From positions 34,521-98,520 of the forward strand of contig JAVZOV010000004.1 of assembly GCA_038881895.1 (NCBI GenBank): 64,000 nucleotides of DNA, given 5' to 3'. This document shows, one piece after another, positions 20,053 through 28,335 of the stretch (the first letter of the stretch is position 1; each line of letters begins with the position of its first letter). The notes under the pieces were generated by a model, which was not told the origin of the DNA, searched no databases, and saw nothing but the letters and a program-made list of their open reading frames with translations. Source of the stretch: Thermoprotei archaeon. GTDB taxonomy: Archaea > Thermoproteota > Thermoprotei > Gearchaeales > WAQG01. Both the position numbers and the translations under genes were made by a program.

Positions 20053-20295
20053 TGTCAAGAAAGCTTAAAGCTTTGCTGGGATGAATGAGCAAAAGTTTAG
20101 ACACGAAGCTAGCTCACTAAATTCTAGATGTTCCAGATGCAATGGAATAACATCTGAATTGGAGTGAAAACATAGCCCATAGGTTAACGAGATCTATGAG
20201 ATAGCGGAGCTGTGAGCACTGCAAACCAGCAAATAAAGAAATGAGTGTGAAGTCCATCCTAAACGCTGGAAGTCCTTGCTTTAGCTGTGGAGTGG
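20053..20295. repeat. Interspersed ~240-bp repeat, copy B
   Basis: Near-identical ends to copy A (8761-9012) with a more divergent middle; 5' perfect palindrome AAAGCTTaAAGCTTT. Confidence 0.6.
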
Positions 20296-20348
20296 CTCAC
20301 AATAGCTATCTTTATATTTTTAAAAAAAGAAGATCTATTGATGATAAT

Positions 20349-20768
20349 ATGCCGGTCGCATTAAAAGTTCGTGATATCATGGAAGGAGGAGTTGTAGTAC
20401 TTGATGGCAATTTACCTGCTATTGAAGCTTTAAAAGCCATGCTTGAAAATCAAGTATGGTCAGTGGTCATTTCTATTAATGATGTGCCATCTGGCGTGGT
20501 GACTGAGCGTGATTTGTTAAGAAGAGTTATTGCTAAAGGTTTTGACATTAATAGAATATTATTAAAGGAAATAATGACATCTCCTTTAATAACAATTAGT
20601 TCTGATGCAACATTAGCTGAAGCTTGGAAACTAATGACAGAAAAAAATATTAGACGTTTATATGTTGTTGAAAAAGGTAAAATCATAGGCAGAGTAACGC
20701 AAACTGGATTATTTAATAAATTATTAGAGGTTATGATTGCAATAAGCTCTATAAAATACTTAATGTAA
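20349..20768 (+). CDS. CBS-domain pair protein
   Basis: Two CBS motifs. The listed ORF start (20241) runs through the repeat and is probably an artefact; ATG at 20349 (MPVALKVRDIMEGG) preferred. Confidence 0.65.
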   Translation: MPVALKVRDIMEGGVVVLDGNLPAIEALKAMLENQVWSVVISINDVPSGVVTERDLLRRVIAKGFDINRILLKEIMTSPLITISSDATLAEAWKLMTEKNIRRLYVVEKGKIIGRVTQTGLFNKLLEVMIAISSIKYLM

Positions 20769-20778
20769 AATTAGAAGA

Positions 20779-22818
20779 TTATTTTGTTTCCTTTTTTGTT
20801 TCTTGTAACGAATTACCTAAAAGTTCTGCTACATCCATTACTTCCATATTGAATTCTGAGGCTTCGCTGCGCAACATTACATTACAAAACGGGCACGCGA
20901 CTACCACCTTATTTACATTAGTTGATGAAGCTTCTCTCATTCTAACTTTGCTTATTCTCTCACCTTTCTTTATATCGAAAAATGCATGTCCTCCTCCGCC
21001 GCCACAGCAAAATGTATTTCGTTTGATTCTATTCATCTCTTTAATTTCAGCAACATTTTTTATGATGTCTCTTGGTTCATTGTAAATGTTATTCCATCTT
21101 GCTAAGTAGCATGGATCATGATAGGTAACACTTTCTTTTGTTTTATTAATGCTTAATTTACCTTCTTTTATGAGCCTTTGTAGTAATATAGTATGGTGTT
21201 CAACCTCTATTTTTACTCCATACTGAACATATTCATGCTTGAAATTATTATAACCATGCGGACAATTAACTAATAATTTCTTGAATTTATATTTTTTAAG
21301 TATGTTTGAATTCTTTTGCACGATGTCCCTAAATAAGTACTCATCCCCTATTCTTCTTGCTGGCTCACCACAACAAACTTCTTCTAGCAAAACTGCAAAA
21401 TTTATATCAGCTTTTTTAAGAATCTTCATCAAATTATAGGCTACACTCCTAATGTTTGGATCGTAACTTGCATTACAACCTAACCAGTATATATAATCAT
21501 ACTCTATTTCTTCACGAGCTATCTCAACATTAAGTTCTGACGTCACAGATTTTAACCATGCCTCTCTATCCGCAGGATTATAACCATAAGGATTACCAGT
21601 TCTCATTATGTTATACGAGACTTGCTGTAATTCAGATGGTGTGTTTTCTCCAGAGGAATATATTCCACGTCTAAGATCTATTATAGTCTCAACCTGATTT
21701 ATTAAGACGGGACATACTTCAACACATGCACCGCATGTTACACAAGACCATATAACATCTGGGTTTATAGAATCTGGCACTAACTTTTTATTAAAATTCC
21801 TTTTATGCATTTCCTTTTTAGTATCAAGCATTACCATCATCGGACTTAATGGCTTCCCAGTGAGATTTGCTGGACATGCATTATGGCATCTCGCACATTG
21901 AGTGCACGCATCAAAATCCATTCGTTGCTTCCAAGACAAATCTGAAAGCATTACAGCCCCTATAGGCTTACCTTCCTCTACCAGCTTGTCCATGTTAGTT
22001 ATTGGTTTGTTAGCTGCAACAACTGGTTCTTCTAGTCTAGAAAAGAACGTATTTAGAATACCACTAACGAACATATGATAGAACTTTGTAAAAGGTATGA
22101 GGGCAATACTAGCAAGTGCTAGTGTTAAATGAAACACCCAAAGTATTCTATAAAACTCAATATAATTATTACCAAAGAGACTTCTAATAGAAAAAGCAAG
22201 AGGATAACCTATTACGTCCCAATCGTCAATCCATTGTAATCTGTAATTTAAAGTATTGATAGCATCCAGTATGAAACCTGTTACTATTATTATTAATAAG
22301 TCGATTAAAATTAGATAATCTTCTCGAGACGTAGGCAAATCTCTGTACGTTTTAAACACTCGTCTAATCAATGCTAATACTATGCCTATAATAGCCAAAA
22401 CACCTGAAATGTTAACCATAAGCTTAAACATTAAATACGCTGAGTCAACAAGAAATCTTGAACCGAAAAATCGTAAATATACATCATACTCTATTCCACG
22501 AAGTATCGTACCTATAAAAAGACCGATCATACCAATATAAATAAACACATGCACTGTGCCTCCTTGTTTCTGTCTTATAACCTTTGCTTGGAGTATGCCA
22601 TATTTGATAAGTCGTGATAATCGTTTTCCAAAATGATCAAAACTTATCCTTTGTCCTCCATAACTCCATAATTTAAAACTTCTGTAAACACCGTAAAGTA
22701 ATATTATAGCTACAATTATAGTATATATGTACACAAGAGATTCTAGATCCTCAACAAGGTTAAAATGTTTAATACCTTCAAATACATATAGAATATTTTG
22801 AACAAAAAACATGTACAT
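20779..22818 (-). CDS. Membrane-bound Fe-S oxidoreductase, fused HdrE-like (membrane, His-containing) + 2x[4Fe-4S] ferredoxin + HdrD-like double CCG domain; candidate ETF-linked quinone reductase (EtfD-like)
   Basis: Five or six N-terminal TM helices with conserved His; CTQCARCHNACP and CVTCGACVEVCP ferredoxin motifs; CCG-domain cysteine clusters (VCCGEP..., CCGGGGGHAFF, ACPFC); directly downstream of etfB-etfA on the same strand. Confidence 0.65.
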   Translation of the reverse strand: MYMFFVQNILYVFEGIKHFNLVEDLESLVYIYTIIVAIILLYGVYRSFKLWSYGGQRISFDHFGKRLSRLIKYGILQAKVIRQKQGGTVHVFIYIGMIGLFIGTILRGIEYDVYLRFFGSRFLVDSAYLMFKLMVNISGVLAIIGIVLALIRRVFKTYRDLPTSREDYLILIDLLIIIVTGFILDAINTLNYRLQWIDDWDVIGYPLAFSIRSLFGNNYIEFYRILWVFHLTLALASIALIPFTKFYHMFVSGILNTFFSRLEEPVVAANKPITNMDKLVEEGKPIGAVMLSDLSWKQRMDFDACTQCARCHNACPANLTGKPLSPMMVMLDTKKEMHKRNFNKKLVPDSINPDVIWSCVTCGACVEVCPVLINQVETIIDLRRGIYSSGENTPSELQQVSYNIMRTGNPYGYNPADREAWLKSVTSELNVEIAREEIEYDYIYWLGCNASYDPNIRSVAYNLMKILKKADINFAVLLEEVCCGEPARRIGDEYLFRDIVQKNSNILKKYKFKKLLVNCPHGYNNFKHEYVQYGVKIEVEHHTILLQRLIKEGKLSINKTKESVTYHDPCYLARWNNIYNEPRDIIKNVAEIKEMNRIKRNTFCCGGGGGHAFFDIKKGERISKVRMREASSTNVNKVVVACPFCNVMLRSEASEFNMEVMDVAELLGNSLQETKKETK

Positions 22819-22824
22819 TTTTTT

Positions 22825-23760
22825 TCACTTGATTGTTTTTTCTTTAAGCTTTTTAATAAATACTGGGAGAAATTGGTATAAATCAGCGATAACACTGTAA
22901 TCCGAATATTTAAATATTGGAGCATTTTTATCCTTATTTATAGAAACTATTACCTTCGCATCTACTGCAGAGATATGTTGGGGAGCACCAGATATCCCTA
23001 TTGCTACATAAAGTTTCGGTCGTATCTTCTTACTAGAAATTCCAATCCACACATCCTCAGGCAACCATTTAAGATCTGCAGCAATAGGCCTACTACATCC
23101 AACTTGAGCATCTATGATTGATGCCAAATCAAAAGCCAACTTTAAATCATCCTTCGACTTAAACCCTCTACCAACACCAACAACGGTATCTGCAGCCTCA
23201 ATATTCACCTCACTCTTCTTCTTCTCTTCAAAACTTACCAGCCTAACATTAGATACTGGAGGTGAGACTTTCTCAATGGCAGCAATTTTCTGAGATATTT
23301 CAAAAGGCTTAAATTTCTTAATTGGTACAGTAACAGCCGCATGTTTTGATGTCACCTCTCTACTTATAGCTCTTCCTCCTAGAATATTTCGTTCAAAAAT
23401 AATATTATTACCATCCAGTGAAACTGAAAGAACTTCTGTTAGCATTGGTAAATTATGCTTGGCTGAAACGCGAGCAAGAATATCATTACCAGTTTTTGTT
23501 GCAGATCCGATCAATAACCTCGGTTTCACCTCATTAAAAATCTTAGAAATAACTTCAGACACCTGATCAGGCAGAACTGCCCCTTCAATAACATATAGTT
23601 TATCAAAACCATAACGTGCTGCCTCGTTTACATCTCCATTGCTAACTGTAATACCTATCATACTGGTGCTGAATCCATTTCGTAACAATTCTGCAACAAG
23701 GCCTGAAGCATCTACTAATAATGAAGGTCTCTCTCCAAAAACTATAACAGTTTCAACCAT
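22825..23760 (-). CDS. etfA: Electron transfer flavoprotein alpha subunit
   Basis: C-terminal FAD-binding region (AVGISGAPQHISAV-type motif) and N-terminal Rossmann-like domain. Confidence 0.8.
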   Translation of the reverse strand: MVETVIVFGERPSLLVDASGLVAELLRNGFSTSMIGITVSNGDVNEAARYGFDKLYVIEGAVLPDQVSEVISKIFNEVKPRLLIGSATKTGNDILARVSAKHNLPMLTEVLSVSLDGNNIIFERNILGGRAISREVTSKHAAVTVPIKKFKPFEISQKIAAIEKVSPPVSNVRLVSFEEKKKSEVNIEAADTVVGVGRGFKSKDDLKLAFDLASIIDAQVGCSRPIAADLKWLPEDVWIGISSKKIRPKLYVAIGISGAPQHISAVDAKVIVSINKDKNAPIFKYSDYSVIADLYQFLPVFIKKLKEKTIK

Positions 23761-23773
23761 TCATATCATCTCC

Positions 23774-24586
23774 TCATATTCTTGGTTTTATAACACCCTC
23801 CTCTATCAGTTTAGAAATTAACTTTTCAGATACTTCATCAAAAGTACTTGCTTCTATTATTATGTTTTTCCTAGAAACCATTAACAACCTCACTGATTCA
23901 CGCCTATGCCCAACGTCAAGTAATTGTATGTTTAAATCGTTCAAAGTAAATTTTTTAAGTGGTTTTGCAAACGCCCTCCGTATTTGCAAGAGCATTGGCA
24001 ACCTAGCCCTATTAATCTCACCAGTCACGCTGATTACTGCAGGTAATGACGCCTCGATCCATTGCAATGAATCCTCTAAGTCACGAAGAACTTTAACTTT
24101 CTTATTCTCTATGTCAAGTTCTATAGCTCGCGCAAATGTTACTGTTGGAAGATTTAAGATCGTTCCAATTCTGGAAGCAATCTGCGCAGAAATAACATCC
24201 ATCGAAGCTTCGCCTGTGAGGTAAAGATCATAATTGCCTGTTTTTTTAACCGCTGATGCAAGTGCTATTGCTGTTTGGAGTGGATTAGCATTTATTAATC
24301 TCTCATCTGTAACCATGTATGCCTCATCAGCTCCCATGGCCAATGCCTCTCTTAATACTGATTCAGTATCATTAATACGTTTTGCAAGCGGTCCCCAAGT
24401 CACAACTGAAAAGACCGCAATTTTTCCACCAAATTTTTCCTTTATTCTTACGGCTTCTTCAACAGCATTCCTATCATATTCACTGATTACAAGAGGTATT
24501 TCCTCGATAAGAAGCTTACCGGAACTGTCAACTCTGATCATGTTAGCATCTAGTGATGCTTTAACCATTACAGCCACATCAACCAT
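23774..24586 (-). CDS. etfB: Electron transfer flavoprotein beta subunit
   Basis: ETF-beta fold with adjacent etfA. Confidence 0.8.
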   Translation of the reverse strand: MVDVAVMVKASLDANMIRVDSSGKLLIEEIPLVISEYDRNAVEEAVRIKEKFGGKIAVFSVVTWGPLAKRINDTESVLREALAMGADEAYMVTDERLINANPLQTAIALASAVKKTGNYDLYLTGEASMDVISAQIASRIGTILNLPTVTFARAIELDIENKKVKVLRDLEDSLQWIEASLPAVISVTGEINRARLPMLLQIRRAFAKPLKKFTLNDLNIQLLDVGHRRESVRLLMVSRKNIIIEASTFDEVSEKLISKLIEEGVIKPRI

Positions 24587-24766
24587 AATACCTCAGTATT
24601 ACATGCAAATCTAGAATTATAAAGTTTTTTATTATGTATTAATAATTTTAAGAAGAAATAATGAAATGCTGTCTTGTATTAAATGTATTGATTTTTGAAT
24701 TAAAATTATTATTATTAGAATAACAAATTTTGTATGAACACTTAATCTAAAGCGATAAAAAATAAA

Positions 24767-25114
24767 TTATGATTTTGCTGCCTCTATCATTTTTCTTAAC
24801 GATGTAGTCTCTATCACATTTCCTGTAATTTTCATTTGACCTCTAATAAATGCAGCCATAGAATCTAATTCGCCTTTCAATATTTTGATAAGAGTTTCCT
24901 TACTCATTGTAAGTGTTGCTGTAGGAGAATTGTGAGAACCCTGAACAACATTCGCACTTCCTTGTTTGAACTCTATATAAAATGGTTCTCCACCTTCTAT
25001 ATTAAACTGAAATATTTTATTCCAACCTGCCATTTCATTCCCCATCTTTAACTTAGCCTTTTCATACACCGCTTGTATTAAAGACTTAATATCTTCGGAC
25101 ATGCTCAACACCAT
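24767..25114 (-). CDS. SCP2 (sterol carrier protein-2-like) lipid-binding domain protein
   Basis: 115-aa alpha/beta protein with an SCP2-like pattern; beta-oxidation cluster context. Confidence 0.6.
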   Translation of the reverse strand: MVLSMSEDIKSLIQAVYEKAKLKMGNEMAGWNKIFQFNIEGGEPFYIEFKQGSANVVQGSHNSPTATLTMSKETLIKILKGELDSMAAFIRGQMKITGNVIETTSLRKMIEAAKS

Positions 25115-25201
25115 TTAAAATATTACCTTATCATCTTATTATATTTAACCATCGATTTTATGTGGCCGATAGCATATAACTGGGTTTTGCGTTATGCGCA
25201 T

Positions 25202-25216
25202 CTTCATAATATGAAG
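25202..25216. promoter_or_regulatory. Candidate operator: 7-bp inverted repeat CTTCATAaTATGAAG upstream of a TATA-like box (tttataa, ~25230-25241) in the divergent SCP2/thiolase intergenic region
   Basis: Palindrome read directly from sequence, about 47-61 bp upstream of the thiolase start; no similar site seen at other promoters in the cluster. Confidence 0.25.
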
Positions 25217-25262
25217 TGGAATTCCAGAATAACTTTATAACGTATTTAATGTATCATTTATA

Positions 25263-26465
25263 GTGGTGTTCTTCTTGGGTAGGAATGTGGCTATAATAGG
25301 TGTTGGGCATTCTAAATTTGGAATACGAACCGACGTAAATGTTGCAGAACTTGCATGGGAAAGCACAAAACAAGCAATGGAAAACGCCGGCGTTGATCAA
25401 AAAGACATAGATTATTATGTTACATCAAACGTTGGTGCATGGAGCAGTGAACCATTACCTGCTGTAGTTGTTGGAGAGTATAGCGACCTTGTACCCAAGG
25501 GCACTGTTAGAGTTGAAGCTGCGTGCGCATCAGGTAGCGCAGCCCTAAAACTTGGACATGATATGATAGCTAGTGGAGAAGCAAATATAGCATTGGTTGT
25601 AGGTGTAGAAAAAATGAACGAATCTCCAACACCAACTGTAGTAGAGTTCATTGGTAGGGCTGGAAATTATTTTTGGGAATTTGAAAACTTTGGTCTTACT
25701 TTTCCTGGATATTATGCTCTTTATGCAACAGCGTACATGTCTAAATATGGAGCCACCGAGGAAGATCTGTGCCAAGTTGCAGTTAAAAACCATTACTACG
25801 GTGCAAGGAATCCTAAGGCACAATTTCAAAAAGAAATCACCGTAGAGGAATGCATGAGATCTAGATATATCGCATGGCCTTTAAAATTACTTGATTGTTC
25901 ACCTATAACTGATGGTTCGGCTGCAATAATACTTGCAAGCGAGGAAATTGCCAAAAAAGTTACAGATACTCCTGTCTGGATTAAAGCTATTGGTTACGCA
26001 AATGATACTGCCAATTTAAGCAGACGTGATAATTTCCTTAGCTTAAGAGCTGCTGTTGAAGCAGCTAAGATGGCTTACAAAAAAGCTGGCATAGATGAGA
26101 CTGATCTTGTTAAGAACTTCGATGTAGCAGAAGTCCACGACTGTTTCACTATAGCTGAGTTACTTGCATACGAGGATCTAGGTTTTGTGAAAAAAGGTGA
26201 GGCAGTAAAATTGATCAGGGAAAAACAGACTTACATCGGGGGTATCATACCAGTCAATCTTAGTGGTGGTTTAAAAGCAAAGGGTCATCCTATAGCTGCA
26301 ACAGGAGTCAGCATGGCTGTAGAACTCACAAAACAGTTGAGACAGGAAGTAGAAAGAGAGCGTCAAGCACCTATTAAAAAAGGTATGGCGATAGCCCATA
26401 ATGTAGGCGGCACAGGTCATTATGCATATGTTACAATCTTCTCTCTTGATAAACCAAGGAGGTGA
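25263..26465 (+). CDS. Thiolase-family protein (acetyl-CoA C-acyltransferase / archaeal-type thiolase)
   Basis: N-terminal VAIIGVGHSKFG and active-site Cys region (EAACASGSAA); 4-nt overlap with the downstream DUF35 partner gene. Confidence 0.8.
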   Translation: MVFFLGRNVAIIGVGHSKFGIRTDVNVAELAWESTKQAMENAGVDQKDIDYYVTSNVGAWSSEPLPAVVVGEYSDLVPKGTVRVEAACASGSAALKLGHDMIASGEANIALVVGVEKMNESPTPTVVEFIGRAGNYFWEFENFGLTFPGYYALYATAYMSKYGATEEDLCQVAVKNHYYGARNPKAQFQKEITVEECMRSRYIAWPLKLLDCSPITDGSAAIILASEEIAKKVTDTPVWIKAIGYANDTANLSRRDNFLSLRAAVEAAKMAYKKAGIDETDLVKNFDVAEVHDCFTIAELLAYEDLGFVKKGEAVKLIREKQTYIGGIIPVNLSGGLKAKGHPIAATGVSMAVELTKQLRQEVERERQAPIKKGMAIAHNVGGTGHYAYVTIFSLDKPRR

Positions 26466-27040
26466 GTGCTATGAGTGCTCAACAGAAGGTTGAGAAAAAG
26501 AAGACACAAAAAGAGCAGACTGAAGAAGTCACAAAGCAATTTAATGAGTTTGTTGAAAGCATAAAGAAATCAACAGGACTACCAATAGTACCAGACATGA
26601 AAAGCGGAGCCGCACAATGGATAGACCAGCGAGAATTAACATTGAAATATGTAATAAGTGTTGACAAAATCAGAAAATTCTTCGATGGATTAATTGACGG
26701 CAAACTTTATGCGACAAAATGTAAACAATGCGGAACACTTTATTTTCCACCACAGGTCGATTGTCCTAAATGTAGGAAATCGGACATGGAATGGATCGAA
26801 TTAAGTAACGAAGGAGAACTGCTCACATACACAATAATAAACGTAAAACCGAACAGCTTTTCACATTATGATGATTACACAGTAGGTATTGCTAGACTAA
26901 AAGAAGGAATTAATATCACAGCATGGGTACGAGAAACTGATCCTAAAAAATTAAGAGTAGGAATGAAAGTTAAGGTTATAGTAACAAAACGTGAACCTGA
27001 AGGATATTTAACTTATGAATTAGAACCACTAACATCCTAA
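26462..27040 (+). CDS. DUF35-type Zn-ribbon/OB-fold protein (thiolase partner subunit)
   Basis: CKQCGTLYFPP...CPKC rubredoxin-like zinc ribbon followed by an OB-fold; conserved pairing with archaeal thiolases. Confidence 0.7.
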   Translation: MSAMSAQQKVEKKKTQKEQTEEVTKQFNEFVESIKKSTGLPIVPDMKSGAAQWIDQRELTLKYVISVDKIRKFFDGLIDGKLYATKCKQCGTLYFPPQVDCPKCRKSDMEWIELSNEGELLTYTIINVKPNSFSHYDDYTVGIARLKEGINITAWVRETDPKKLRVGMKVKVIVTKREPEGYLTYELEPLTS

Positions 27041-27113
27041 AGAATGGGGCTTGATTGTAAACGAATAGTTTTTAAACATGTATAAACAAGTATTTATGTG
27101 GAGGAGATAATAT

Positions 27114-28322
27114 TTGTTTCCCTTCAACAGTATTTTAGATTTTAAAGTAGAATTAACAAATGAACATGAAATGTTCAGAAAAATGATAAGACAATTTGCC
27201 GAAAACGAAATAGCACCAAAAGTTATGGAAATAGAAAAAACAAACACAATACCAGAAGAACTCATCAACAGAGCAAAAGAACTAGGACTAATGGGCGTTG
27301 GAATACCACCAGAATATGATGGACAAGGTGGAGGGGCTATGATGCTTGTCATACTCATGGAAGAACTTTCAAGAATTTCACCAGCATTCGCAACAAAAAT
27401 CGCAGTAAACCATCTATTTACAACACCAGTACTCATTTTTGGCACAGATGAGCAAAAAAAGAAATATATACCACCAATTGCCAGAGGTGAAGCTTTCGCA
27501 GCTCACGCAAATACAGAACCTGCAGCAGGTAGCGATGTTGCAGGCATACAAGCAACAGCTAGAAAAGAAGGAAATTACTGGATAATTAATGGTAGAAAAA
27601 TTTTCATAACAGGTGCAGATAGAGCTAAATATTTAGTAGTTTCCGCAAGAACAAGTCCACCACCAAGCAGAAAAGAAAGATGGAAAGGTTTAACATTCTT
27701 CATAGTAGAAGCTAACTGGCCTGGTATAAAAATTGGGTCAAAATTCAATGTAATAGGATTAAAAGGCGAACAACCTAACGAAGTGATACTTGATGATGTA
27801 AAAGTGCCTGAAGAAAACGTTCTAGGCAGAGAGGGAGAGGGATTCAAAGTTGCCGTCACAACATACGATCATGGAAGACTTGGGATCGCTGCCCAAGGTG
27901 TAGGTATTGCACAAGCAGTGTTTGAAAAATCATTAAACTATGCGCTACAGAGATACGCATTTGAAAAACCACTAATCTCATTCGAAGGAATAGCTTTTAA
28001 ACTATCAGATATGTTAACAGAACTTGAGGCAGCCCGCATGCTTACTTACTGGGCAGCCACACTAACAGATGCACAGAGACCCGAAGCCATAATGGCAGCA
28101 TCGCTGGCTAAAATGTATGCTACCGAAGTGGCGGAAAAAACCTCAGCACTAGCAATAAAGATTCACGGCGGTGTCGGTGTTGATCAAGAAGCAGGGATTG
28201 AGAGATACTTAAGAGATGCCCTCATAACAACAATTTATGAAGGAGCAAATGACATACAAAGAATAACAGTCATCAGAAGTCTATTAAGACAAGTATTTGG
28301 AACCAGCGTTGATATGATATAG
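27114..28322 (+). CDS. Acyl-CoA dehydrogenase
   Basis: ACAD N-terminal, middle and C-terminal domain pattern; TTG start preceded by a GGAGG Shine-Dalgarno-like motif. Confidence 0.8.
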   Translation: MFPFNSILDFKVELTNEHEMFRKMIRQFAENEIAPKVMEIEKTNTIPEELINRAKELGLMGVGIPPEYDGQGGGAMMLVILMEELSRISPAFATKIAVNHLFTTPVLIFGTDEQKKKYIPPIARGEAFAAHANTEPAAGSDVAGIQATARKEGNYWIINGRKIFITGADRAKYLVVSARTSPPPSRKERWKGLTFFIVEANWPGIKIGSKFNVIGLKGEQPNEVILDDVKVPEENVLGREGEGFKVAVTTYDHGRLGIAAQGVGIAQAVFEKSLNYALQRYAFEKPLISFEGIAFKLSDMLTELEAARMLTYWAATLTDAQRPEAIMAASLAKMYATEVAEKTSALAIKIHGGVGVDQEAGIERYLRDALITTIYEGANDIQRITVIRSLLRQVFGTSVDMI

Positions 28323-28335
28323 GAGGGGTAAAACA

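Noticed and set aside
20241-20348. N-terminal extension of the CBS-domain ORF running through repeat copy B
   Set aside because: The extension is encoded by the interspersed repeat (the same sequence gives only a 27-aa frame at copy A); the CBS protein most likely starts at the ATG at 20349.
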